This document shows positions 1 through 7,287 of a DNA stretch of 7,287 nucleotides, one piece after another. The notes under the pieces were generated by a model. The model saw nothing but the letters and a program-made list of their open reading frames with translations. It did not search any database and was not told the origin of the DNA. This stretch comes from Amoeboradix gromovi X-113 (taxonomy: Eukaryota > Fungi > Sanchytriomycota): positions 1-7,287 of the forward strand of contig JADGIF010000518.1 of NCBI GenBank assembly GCA_018985225.1, written 5' to 3'. The position numbers and the translations under genes are program-made. The stretch's first letter is position 1. Each line of letters begins with the position of its first letter.

Positions 1-99
1 GGATTGAAAGTAATGAAAGAAAACTGGTATAATAGAAGATCTTTTATTAATGATAGCATTTCCTCCGTATGGAGCACTTTAAAAAACGAGTTAGTCTAG
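1..99 (+). CDS. Partial CDS (C-terminus only): GLKVMKENWYNRRSFINDSISSVWSTLKNELV*
   Basis: Open frame from base 1 to TAG at 97-99. It is 18/32 aa identical to the frame at 7254-7153 (-), with mostly conservative substitutions (L/M, V/L, Y/F, S/T, D/N). Codon position 2 is least changed, the indel is 3 nt and the stop position is shared. Confidence 0.55.
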   Translation, partial: GLKVMKENWYNRRSFINDSISSVWSTLKNELV

Positions 100-119
100 T
101 TTTTATATTTGGTGTCCCA
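70..119 (+). ncRNA. Candidate structured RNA/ssDNA hairpin at the element end (possible omega-RNA scaffold 3' part); counterpart at 7133-7185 (-)
   Basis: Manual folding: UGG-A-GCACU (70-78) pairs with GGUGU-C-CCA (111-119), with an inner stem 83-89/95-104. Differences between the two copies include two A-U to G-C double changes and C-G/U-G wobble swaps. Confidence 0.35.
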
Positions 120-231
120 ATTGAAATATGCGGCATTCTATTTACTTTATAAAATACATAGGTTTAATATGGTGCATGGTCGGAACCATTTCGCAAACGC
201 ACTAAGATATAGAGATAAAAAATTATGGAGT

Positions 232-767
232 TTATTGATCAAAATTTAAAAGGAATTCTTTGTTATTAAGGCGGTTTCTAATCCAGACTGGAAGAGATTT
301 GCCACTATTGTCCAGAATGTAATCCTGGCAATTCGCAATTATAACGCTTCTTAGCAGAGACTGTTCGTCCTCAATTAGATCCACCACTTTTTGGATTGTT
401 TCAAATGCCAGACAACTAGTTTCCTCATCACTTAACATTAAGTGCCTATCGCTTAACAAACCGTTCTGTTTTATAATTAGTTTTAGTTCCCCAGGTAACC
501 TGTTAACTGTAGGCATCATTTGGTCCAAAGATACTACTTGCAATAAGTAAGTTTTCTGATGTATTACCAATTTAAATTACCCAATCAACTCAGGTTCCAG
601 ATTACAGACCTTGGAGTCCCATGAAATTTTTATCTGATTTGCTAAAATAAATTTCTCCTCGTTAAAAGTCTTAATTCCCGAGAATTTCAAGAATTTCCAA
701 AGAGAGACCGACAAAGACTTAGATTGATGATGAAAAAGTACAATAAGTAGTTGAACAATATAAACAT
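232..767 (-). pseudogene. Possible disrupted (or cryptically spliced) gene for an unknown protein; includes the 112-codon ORF 232-570
   Basis: ORF 232-570 starts at TTG only. Its frame stays open upstream to ~777 apart from one TAA (579-577). An ATG at 767 in another frame gives a signal-peptide-like MFILFNYLLYFFIINLSLC that stops at 687. No recognisable domain. Confidence 0.3.
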
Positions 768-1649
768 ATAAAGACGGTCAATTAGAGAGGTTGAGTTAGT
801 GTAATGCCTATATATGATTTATTAAATAAGTAAATTACTAAGCCTCCTGCTTTAATAGAAATGATATGAAGTATATTTTTTTGTATTCCCAAGTGACCAG
901 TTATTGTAAATACATCATATCTCGTCTTTTCTAAAGTATGCACAAGTTTTTATTAGCGATTTCCGAGAAATTGATTTCTCCATCACATTTACTGCTCGCG
1001 GTTTCACTACCCTGAGGCGGGATTGAAGAAGGATGCATGTGCTTGATTTATACATTCCTTGATGCCATATACTCTCTATTGTTGGACATGCGGTGAGACC
1101 AATAGCATATGAATTATTAAATAAATGGCTTTCATGTTCATTTTTATCGTTGATCTCTTTTGAGGACGGGTTGAAAGACATCAGATTGTTCCATGTTTAG
1201 GTTCCTAACGCTTATGAATGTATACTGTAACTATTAGTTATTTCTTTAGATCCATTTACCATTTGCAAAGATGAAGATTATGGATTATTGGAAAAATCTG
1301 CAAAGGTCATGCAATTATTTAAAAATACAGATTCTCGATGATTGATTTATTTAAGAAAATTCAATGGACTGTTTGATTGAAAACTTGACGAATAGTAGAC
1401 GTGCAATATTTTTATTACTCTAGAAAGCCAATTTGGAGAAAAATGCATGCACAGACTTTCAATTTCAAGCACATAGCAGCAAAGAATGTATACTTTTATG
1501 CATCTTTATTCAATCTCCTCTCAGACGTAATGGAAGCGTGATAACCAGTTCAAATATTGACTGGAACTTTCTGTGGATATTCTTGATATTCTAACCTATC
1601 AAAACTGTTGATAAGATGTAGTTTGCATGATTCTCCTGGTTTTGGAGAC

Positions 1650-2678
1650 ATGGGGGTTTTTGTCTTCACTATTTTGTGTTTTTTGACAAATGTGACTTCT
1701 AATATTGCAGTTTTTCAACCCGCAACTGAAGAAATAAAATCAGATTTCCAAATCGCAATTTATGATTTTAGGGAACTTGTTAATAATGAAACAGAATGCC
1801 TAATATTTTCCACCCGTTTCTTCGAGTTTTTAGACGAAAACCCAAGTTTAACCTGTTCAGATGAAAAGACTTCAGATAGCAGTCCAGGTACCCATGGAAA
1901 CTCAAGTAAAACGAGTCAAGAGAAAGAGTGTATTGAGTTGTTGACCATAGCTCACGACAAATTATATGATAATTGTGATGGGGAATTTGTACTTGGTTTT
2001 ATTAACGAATTGTTAGGATACGATAGACTGATATCAAGGTATACTGTCAAAGAATTGTTGAAAACTTACAGTGATTTTGGAATCAATTTGAGTTTATGGG
2101 GTCTTGCCGCTCTACTTGATGACAAAGCAAAGGAGGAAGTTGCCATATACTACTTTGACTCAAATTTAGAAAATCTTATGGATATTATTGAATACTACAA
2201 TGATTTTGGGCCTTTTGTTGTAGACAAATATTGCAATTATAATGCGAATGATATGTTAGATAAGTTTCTCCCCAGCTTTGAAAGTGACTCAGCAAAAATA
2301 AAACCTCACATATTCACAAATATGAAAAAGCATGAAGAGATCTTTGAAGCAAATCCCGTTGAAGAAATGATTTTCAAACTGAGGTCATTGAACATTTGTC
2401 CAACTTGGCAATTAGGCTTCTTGGAAATTCTCCTAAAACGCTTAGATCATTCTTGTTATCAATTTTTGAGGAAATATTTGACTGTATTTATAATGGACAG
2501 TAGCCGAGAAGGGGACAAGTTCGTTATTGAATATTTGAAACCACGTATGGGTGAGTTTTTAACAAAAATGTATACTAGCAAGGAATCTGACGAGGACCAG
2601 CAGGGTATGTTAACAACAAACTTGGAAACGATTTCTAGAGTGATGCTTGAAGAGTTGGATTCCACCAAGGCCAAATAG
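1650..2678 (+). CDS. Hypothetical secreted protein (~342 aa, acidic, probably helical); paralog of 4031-5251
   Basis: Long uninterrupted ORF. The first ATG is at 1650 (the ORF-track start at 1608 is TTG) and is followed by a signal-peptide-like MGVFVFTILCFLTNVTS. No other TM segment. Shares colinear motifs with the 4031 ORF. Confidence 0.8.
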   Translation: MGVFVFTILCFLTNVTSNIAVFQPATEEIKSDFQIAIYDFRELVNNETECLIFSTRFFEFLDENPSLTCSDEKTSDSSPGTHGNSSKTSQEKECIELLTIAHDKLYDNCDGEFVLGFINELLGYDRLISRYTVKELLKTYSDFGINLSLWGLAALLDDKAKEEVAIYYFDSNLENLMDIIEYYNDFGPFVVDKYCNYNANDMLDKFLPSFESDSAKIKPHIFTNMKKHEEIFEANPVEEMIFKLRSLNICPTWQLGFLEILLKRLDHSCYQFLRKYLTVFIMDSSREGDKFVIEYLKPRMGEFLTKMYTSKESDEDQQGMLTTNLETISRVMLEELDSTKAK

Positions 2679-2841
2679 ATATTGCTTAATTATACAACTA
2701 AAATTCAAGTACGGATATTTTAGTAAATAACTTCTATTAAAGCGCTAACTTACTTGTTTCTGTAGAGGGAAAAGTGACGCTAACGACGATCAAGTCGAAG
2801 AGTAAGATTATGTTACAATCACGGTGCGCATTGGTACCTCC

Positions 2842-3816
2842 ATGAAACCATTTGTTCATCTACTGCTAAACGGAATTGCTTCTGTTTATTTTTTAGCTTG
2901 TTTGATATTAAATGCAAACGACTACAGCATATTTGATAGACAAGGCGCATGTATGAACTATGTGGTGTTGTTAATATTCAATCTGTTTTATGCAATATTT
3001 AAAGTAAAACCAAGATTGCATTACACAGTAACAATGTACAGGGCAGGGTTGTACGTGTGGAGTGTGCAAATGGTTATATGGATGTTCGTATCATTGCGAA
3101 AATACACCCAACTGAGTAGATATGCCAAGAATGATTCTATTGATCCCCATGATAGCACTGCACCAGGAAGAGAGGATGACATTTACAATTTTGCTGGATA
3201 TGTAATTGGTTTAGCATGGTACTGCTGGCTACTGCTTAATATTCCTACGTTCGAACCTGAGCATATCAGATCCCGTGTAAAACTGTCGAAATCCAAGTTT
3301 TTAATTCATAGAATTGCAAGTACACTTAGCTTACTGTGGTTCGCAATGCTAGCCTTTGTTTCTAGTAATAATAACAACGTAGACAGAACTTTAGTAATTT
3401 CTGTTAATTCTTCGATGATGCTATTTTTGTCAATTTTGGCTCTCTTCAGTAGGCCGCAGCGCAATAATGTGAAGTCTAATATTAAACATGGATACACTCG
3501 TATCTACATGGCTATATCCTATCACTTCTGGATTGTCTTTCTTGCTTATTCAATCATTTTTGTAGAGCGATGGGCTACGTTGGAGCAAAGTAATGGTGAA
3601 TCTGTCTGCAGTGAGGACTGCGAGTATTTTTTAAACTACTTTATCAGCTTGCTGCCATTGGGTTATTTTTCAATTTTTGGATTCAAATGGTTTAGTCCAC
3701 GAGATATTTTAGATGCACATCCCAGAGATCTAATTGCCTGCAAGATGAATTGTCTCGATAGTGAGGAAGTGCATTCTATGGTACCAGAGGATGAGAAGAT
3801 GTCTTTCGTAGTTTGA
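2842..3816 (+). CDS. Hypothetical polytopic membrane protein (~324 aa, ~8 TM helices, 2 x 4-TM internal duplication)
   Basis: Long ORF with first ATG at 2842 (the track start at 2824 is GTG). Eight hydrophobic ~18-22 aa segments by eye. AATAAA lies directly after the TGA. Confidence 0.8.
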   Translation: MKPFVHLLLNGIASVYFLACLILNANDYSIFDRQGACMNYVVLLIFNLFYAIFKVKPRLHYTVTMYRAGLYVWSVQMVIWMFVSLRKYTQLSRYAKNDSIDPHDSTAPGREDDIYNFAGYVIGLAWYCWLLLNIPTFEPEHIRSRVKLSKSKFLIHRIASTLSLLWFAMLAFVSSNNNNVDRTLVISVNSSMMLFLSILALFSRPQRNNVKSNIKHGYTRIYMAISYHFWIVFLAYSIIFVERWATLEQSNGESVCSEDCEYFLNYFISLLPLGYFSIFGFKWFSPRDILDAHPRDLIACKMNCLDSEEVHSMVPEDEKMSFVV

Positions 3817-3822
3817 AATAAA
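3817..3822 (+). terminator. Putative polyadenylation signal AATAAA
   Basis: Exact hexamer immediately after the stop of the 2842-3816 CDS; weak evidence in AT-rich DNA. Confidence 0.35.
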
Positions 3823-4030
3823 TATATTTCGCTGATTGATAGTTCAGCTTTAGCTCTTCCTCTAATTTCGCTATCCTTACGCATGTGTTCAAATCTGTGT
3901 AGAAATGTGCATGCTCGATTGTGTAGCAATATGATCCATGCATCGTGAAGGGTGTAACATGATTTAAATTACTCAATATATTCGTGTCACCTGAATTACT
4001 ATTTAAACAGAGGGATCCCGTCATATCATT

Positions 4031-5251
4031 ATGTTTTTTTGTTTGAGTGCAACTGTTTCTGCAATTGCGAAGTTGAGCTCTCATTCATCCGATGGAACTT
4101 TGCTGCCCTATATCTCGGAGAGCCATGGTGTTCCATTGAGAAGAATAAATTTTGATGAATACAATCGTGCTTTGAGCAATTTTAAAGGTGATTGCCCCAA
4201 TTTATTAGAATCTGAGATGGATAAGAAAAATAATAAAATTTGCGTTAAAGTCATAGCAGAAGCCTTCAGTCCATATGATGAGGAGAAAGATAAACCCAGT
4301 GATTTCAACAATTTCTTTTCTAAGTTTATGGAATCCACCAAACTGCGATCTTTGCCAACTTTTATGAAATTGAACGAAAATTTTGCCGCTACTTTAGTAT
4401 ATGTAAATGGAATAGATATCAACTCCATATGGATGGGTCCAAATGGCTACTATAAACAAGCTGATTTTCAGAAAAGCTCTGATACACGTGATATTGGCTC
4501 AGACTTTTCAAATGCAATTGATAGTAGCATTAAGTCTCTTATGACATTGTGCTACCTTGTTGAGCCTAATCCTAGTAGATTTGAGGAAATTCATAGTTTT
4601 CCTAGTGATTTCATTGACATAATAATGGAATATGGCAGGGAACTTTTTTTTATAGATGAAATGCTACGTTCTGATTCAGCTGAGTCCCAAAATTGTGCTG
4701 AGATGGGTAGAATAATTTTTAAAGGGCTGGACCGAAATCGTTTCGAACTGACTTATCAAAAAGCTTTTTGGTTAAAATTCCTCTCTAATCATAGGTTAGA
4801 ACCTGGGACTCCAACTGATATAGCTCTAGTTAAAAAATTTACACAAGTTTTCAAAGACGGGAATGATATGGCGAAGTGGTTAGATCAAGAATATGACGAC
4901 ACCTTGGAAAAGGCTTATTTGGCTAGAAAACAAGAATCCGAAATCAATGAAGTTGAGAAACAATGGCTAAACAACCTGCCAAAGACTAGCAGATTGAAGC
5001 AGTTAAATATGAATATTCTTAAAATATTTATGCCAGTCTGGGACCAAACTTTACCGTGTAATGAAATTGGAGACAAAATAGGGGCTTTAGGTCCAAAAGA
5101 TATACGTTGTGGTATACCTAGAGTTCATATCCCGAATAATCGAGCTCGTCGTTTGCAAAGATCACTAAGCCAAAGTGGGCTAACCGATCCTAGAACGCGT
5201 TTGTTACAAGCAGCAAACCATGCAAGTGCTCCTAATCTTGGTACTTCATAA
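4031..5251 (+). CDS. Hypothetical protein (406 aa), possibly secreted, with a basic low-structure C-terminal tail; paralog of 1650-2678
   Basis: Uninterrupted ATG-to-TAA ORF with a short hydrophobic N-terminus (MFFCLSATVSA), colinear motifs shared with the 1650 ORF, and AATAAA 10 nt after the stop. Confidence 0.8.
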   Translation: MFFCLSATVSAIAKLSSHSSDGTLLPYISESHGVPLRRINFDEYNRALSNFKGDCPNLLESEMDKKNNKICVKVIAEAFSPYDEEKDKPSDFNNFFSKFMESTKLRSLPTFMKLNENFAATLVYVNGIDINSIWMGPNGYYKQADFQKSSDTRDIGSDFSNAIDSSIKSLMTLCYLVEPNPSRFEEIHSFPSDFIDIIMEYGRELFFIDEMLRSDSAESQNCAEMGRIIFKGLDRNRFELTYQKAFWLKFLSNHRLEPGTPTDIALVKKFTQVFKDGNDMAKWLDQEYDDTLEKAYLARKQESEINEVEKQWLNNLPKTSRLKQLNMNILKIFMPVWDQTLPCNEIGDKIGALGPKDIRCGIPRVHIPNNRARRLQRSLSQSGLTDPRTRLLQAANHASAPNLGTS

Positions 5252-5260
5252 TTGTATGTC

Positions 5261-5266
5261 AATAAA
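5261..5266 (+). terminator. Putative polyadenylation signal AATAAA
   Basis: Exact hexamer within an A-rich tract 10 nt after the stop of 4031-5251. Confidence 0.35.
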
Positions 5267-5493
5267 AATAAATAATTTTAATTTTAGGTCATATTTTCTT
5301 GAACTCCGTTAGAAAGCAAAAAATCTTTTATAAGCTCAAGAGATATGCAATTTTGCGCTGATAACGCGTACGCTAAGTGTAGTTATCAAACTGTTGATAG
5401 CATAGCAATAGCTAATCGGTCCTTGTGAATATAAGCTGATTAATAGCACCCTGCAGTGAAATTCATTGCTATTAGAGCATTTAAAATTAAATC

Positions 5494-6465
5494 TTAATTC
5501 AGTTTATTTTTTGGCTTTTTGTAGTGATTCAAGACGCTAAAATCTATAAAAAATCTCATGATAACACTAAATGGCACTGCAATCAAAAGTGCAAACAAAT
5601 CGTTTACGACATTTCTTACTGGTGCCACCCCTCTGCTTGCTACATAAGTCATATCGGTAACAAAATCCGTAGTGATTGCAAAGTAGTTTAGCTCTAAACC
5701 TCTAATTAGTTTTGCGGCCAAGCTCTTAGGATTAGCTGGCGTGGTTTGACCTTCGATAAATTTCGTAACTTCTGGTTTAGTTTTCTGCTCTTCAGTGAAC
5801 CCGGGCGTGTCTATGCTTCCAGGCAAATAGATATGCACATCTATGTTATCCTTCAAAAGTTCGTTTCTCAATGTCTCCGCTAATCCTCGTAAAGCGAATT
5901 TAGCGGGAGCGTATTCACTAAAGCCTACCATGCCAAAGCAACTCAAAGTACTTCCAACTAGAATGATCTTGCAGTTTTCGCTGATAGTTTTCATCTGCTT
6001 GATTCCATGGAAACAACAGTACAAGGCACTATGGTAATTTAATTTGAAAATACGGTCCAATTGCTCTATGCTTTGGTCTTCAAATAACATTGGTTTACTT
6101 CCGCCTACACAACAAAAAAGAAATTGGATGGGATCTGTAAAAAGTTTAGCAACCTCAGTGGAGTCGGTAACATCGCAAACTTTGAACTTTATAATTTGAT
6201 CAGCATGAATTTTTGCATCTTTTAGTTCATCAACTGCTTTGATTAGTTCTGCTTCCCTCCGAGCGCATATCAAGACATTTGCACCTTTTTTGACCAACTC
6301 CATTGCAATGGCAAAACCCAGACCTTGAGAACCACCAGTAACCAGACAATTGCGCTTATCTACAACAAACCTATTGATCATAAGAAGGGCTCGCACTTTC
6401 ATAAAGGTGTAGATGCCTAATATGGTGGCGAGCACAGTTAAAATCATGTTACAAAAAATATACAA
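5494..6465 (-). CDS. TSC10: 3-ketodihydrosphingosine (3-dehydrosphinganine) reductase, SDR family; alternative start at 6447
   Basis: N-terminal TM anchor, Rossmann TGGSQGLG, catalytic Ser (VGST) and YxxxK (YAPAK) followed by FALRGLAETLRNEL. It also has the KDSR/Tsc10-typical PGSIDTPGFTEEQKTKPEVTKFIEG, a hydrophobic C-terminal segment and a KxKxx (KNKLN) ER-retrieval-type end. Confidence 0.9.
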   Translation of the reverse strand: MYIFCNMILTVLATILGIYTFMKVRALLMINRFVVDKRNCLVTGGSQGLGFAIAMELVKKGANVLICARREAELIKAVDELKDAKIHADQIIKFKVCDVTDSTEVAKLFTDPIQFLFCCVGGSKPMLFEDQSIEQLDRIFKLNYHSALYCCFHGIKQMKTISENCKIILVGSTLSCFGMVGFSEYAPAKFALRGLAETLRNELLKDNIDVHIYLPGSIDTPGFTEEQKTKPEVTKFIEGQTTPANPKSLAAKLIRGLELNYFAITTDFVTDMTYVASRGVAPVRNVVNDLFALLIAVPFSVIMRFFIDFSVLNHYKKPKNKLN

Positions 6466-7132
6466 GCTTTGTGCGCTGATATGTTGGCGCCCTATTAAAT
6501 GAACAGCACTTCATACTCAAGAGGCATATCATTCCTCAAATACAGAAAAAGATTACTAGACACCATTTAACATATCTCGGAATAAACAATATGGGTTTAA
6601 ATAGGGCCTTTAAAATTAGTCTGTATTCCACAACCTTGCAATTTTAAATCTTAAGCTCACTTTGAGGTATATTTTAAGATCCAACATTCTCAATCATCAC
6701 TTCGATTTAACATTTTATTGAAAACATTGCGTTTTGCTATGAGCTTCGCTCCTGACGTTGGATTAGATGCGACAGTTTATGGCTTTTCCTTGGTATCCTG
6801 ATTACCGACAAATTACTAAAGATAGGTGTACACCTTGAGTTTTTATTGAATTTGACTTGAATATCTCCGCAGCACTCTAGCAATTAAGAGTCGGACAGTT
6901 CTATTCTTCTTAGATAGTAGCTAGCGCTATTAAATTCGGGTAAAATTGTTATTCTTCATAAATAGACAAACTCCAGTTTGTATGACTTCAAAAACGAACG
7001 TCTCATGAAGAGTTCTGGCTTCCTGGAATATCAACGATCTCCAGAGTGAAGCCGTAAATTGCAGTCGGTCCGTTGTGATTGTTGCCACGGTTCCGCTACA
7101 CGGGGATTAAATGTAGATAGATATCCAGTACA

Positions 7133-7287
7133 TGGGACACCAAATATAAGAACTAAGCCAAGCCATCTTTAAAGGAGGTGCACCATAAGGAGGAAATACT
7201 ATTATTAATAAAAGTCCTTCTTTCAAACCAATTTTCTTTCATTAATGTCATTCCTCTCTTTAAAATAAACAAGATGACCCACTATCT
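7133..7287 (-). mobile_element. 3'/right end of the same repeated element family (copy R), truncated by the window edge
   Basis: The reverse complement reads ...GGAATGACATTAATGAAGAAAAATTGG...TAGTTCTTATATTTGGTGTCCCA, homologous to 1-119 over 7254-7133. Confidence 0.6.
7153..7287 (-). pseudogene. Partial, probably frameshifted C-terminal coding region: (DSGSSC/x)ILKRGMTLMKKNWFERRTFINNSISSLWCTSFKDGLA*
   Basis: The frame homologous to 1-99 ends at TAG 7155-7153 but has an upstream in-frame TAG at 7284-7282. It therefore needs a 1-nt frameshift near 7267, a splice acceptor (tcttgtttattttaaag), or an edge sequencing error. Confidence 0.4.

Larger units (their letters stand above)
1..119 (+). mobile_element. 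3'/right end of a repeated element (copy L), truncated by the window edge; candidate DNA transposon or Fanzor/TnpB-like element end
   Basis: Hand alignment to the reverse complement of 7133-7254 gives 94/119 identical nt plus one 3-nt indel. The terminal 23 nt (TAGTTTTTATATTTGGTGTCCCA, 97-119) match 22/23 and similarity stops immediately after. The repeat is directly seen; mobility is inferred. Confidence 0.6.

Noticed and set aside
49-96. NDSISSVWSTLKNELV resembling the DDE transposase NxIExxWxxLK helix; read inward the end resembles a Merlin-type GGNRM TIR start
   Set aside because: The catalytic Glu is absent in both copies and the ORF stops right after. Kept only as an alternative until the full element is seen.
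97-237. Stop-codon readthrough or reassignment (FLYLVS follows TAG in both copies; single TAA at 579)
   Set aside because: Four long ORFs have no internal stops and end with TAG, TGA and TAA. Post-stop similarity ends after ~7 codons and is better explained by a conserved DNA/RNA end.
915-1181. 88-aa - strand ORF
   Set aside because: Short, with no motif, signal peptide or similarity to neighbours; compatible with a chance ORF.
906-1249. Tiny GT-AG intron candidates (e.g. 936-956, 1227-1249)
   Set aside because: The splicings I tried did not give a convincing continuous ORF.
2459-6037. Short ORFs 2459-2674, 3306-3497, 3663-3929, 3776-4084, 4108-4428 (-) and 5843-6037 (+)
   Set aside because: Antisense shadows that wholly or partly overlap longer, better supported CDSs.
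7009-7110. + strand RVLASWNINDLQ resembling the N-terminal SWNxN motif of APE/EEP endonucleases
   Set aside because: Bounded by stops within ~34 codons and lacks the following DIxxxQE motif; probably chance.
7172-7193. Two AAGGAGG Shine-Dalgarno-like motifs on the + strand
   Set aside because: No properly spaced start codon or ORF, eukaryotic context, and they are only the antisense of CCTCCTT in the element.
1-7287. CRISPR array, tRNA, rRNA or telomeric repeats
   Set aside because: No regularly spaced direct repeats, tRNA/rRNA signatures or tandem terminal repeats seen by eye.

Overview
AT-rich, gene-dense, apparently intron-poor eukaryotic DNA, plausibly from a compact fungal-like or protist genome (inferred from the KDSR/TSC10 gene, its C-terminal KxKxx motif and AATAAA signals after stops; the organism cannot be named from the sequence). 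The core has one recognisable housekeeping gene, 3-ketodihydrosphingosine reductase (- strand), and three orphan + strand genes. Two of these are highly diverged paralogous, probably secreted proteins; between them lies an 8-TM membrane protein built from a duplicated 4-TM unit. A possibly disrupted gene sits at 232-767. Not shown in the ORF track: both ends of the window (1-119 on +, 7133-7254 on -) are diverged copies (~79% nt) of the same element, both pointing inward. Each encodes a protein C-terminus, then TAG, then a near-invariant TTATATTTGGTGTCCCA end where homology stops abruptly. The last ~50 nt can fold into a hairpin with compensatory changes, and the right copy has a frameshifted (R)D-x6-ILKRG motif upstream. 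This fits, but does not prove, the right ends of Fanzor/TnpB-like RNA-guided nuclease elements with an overlapping omega-RNA.
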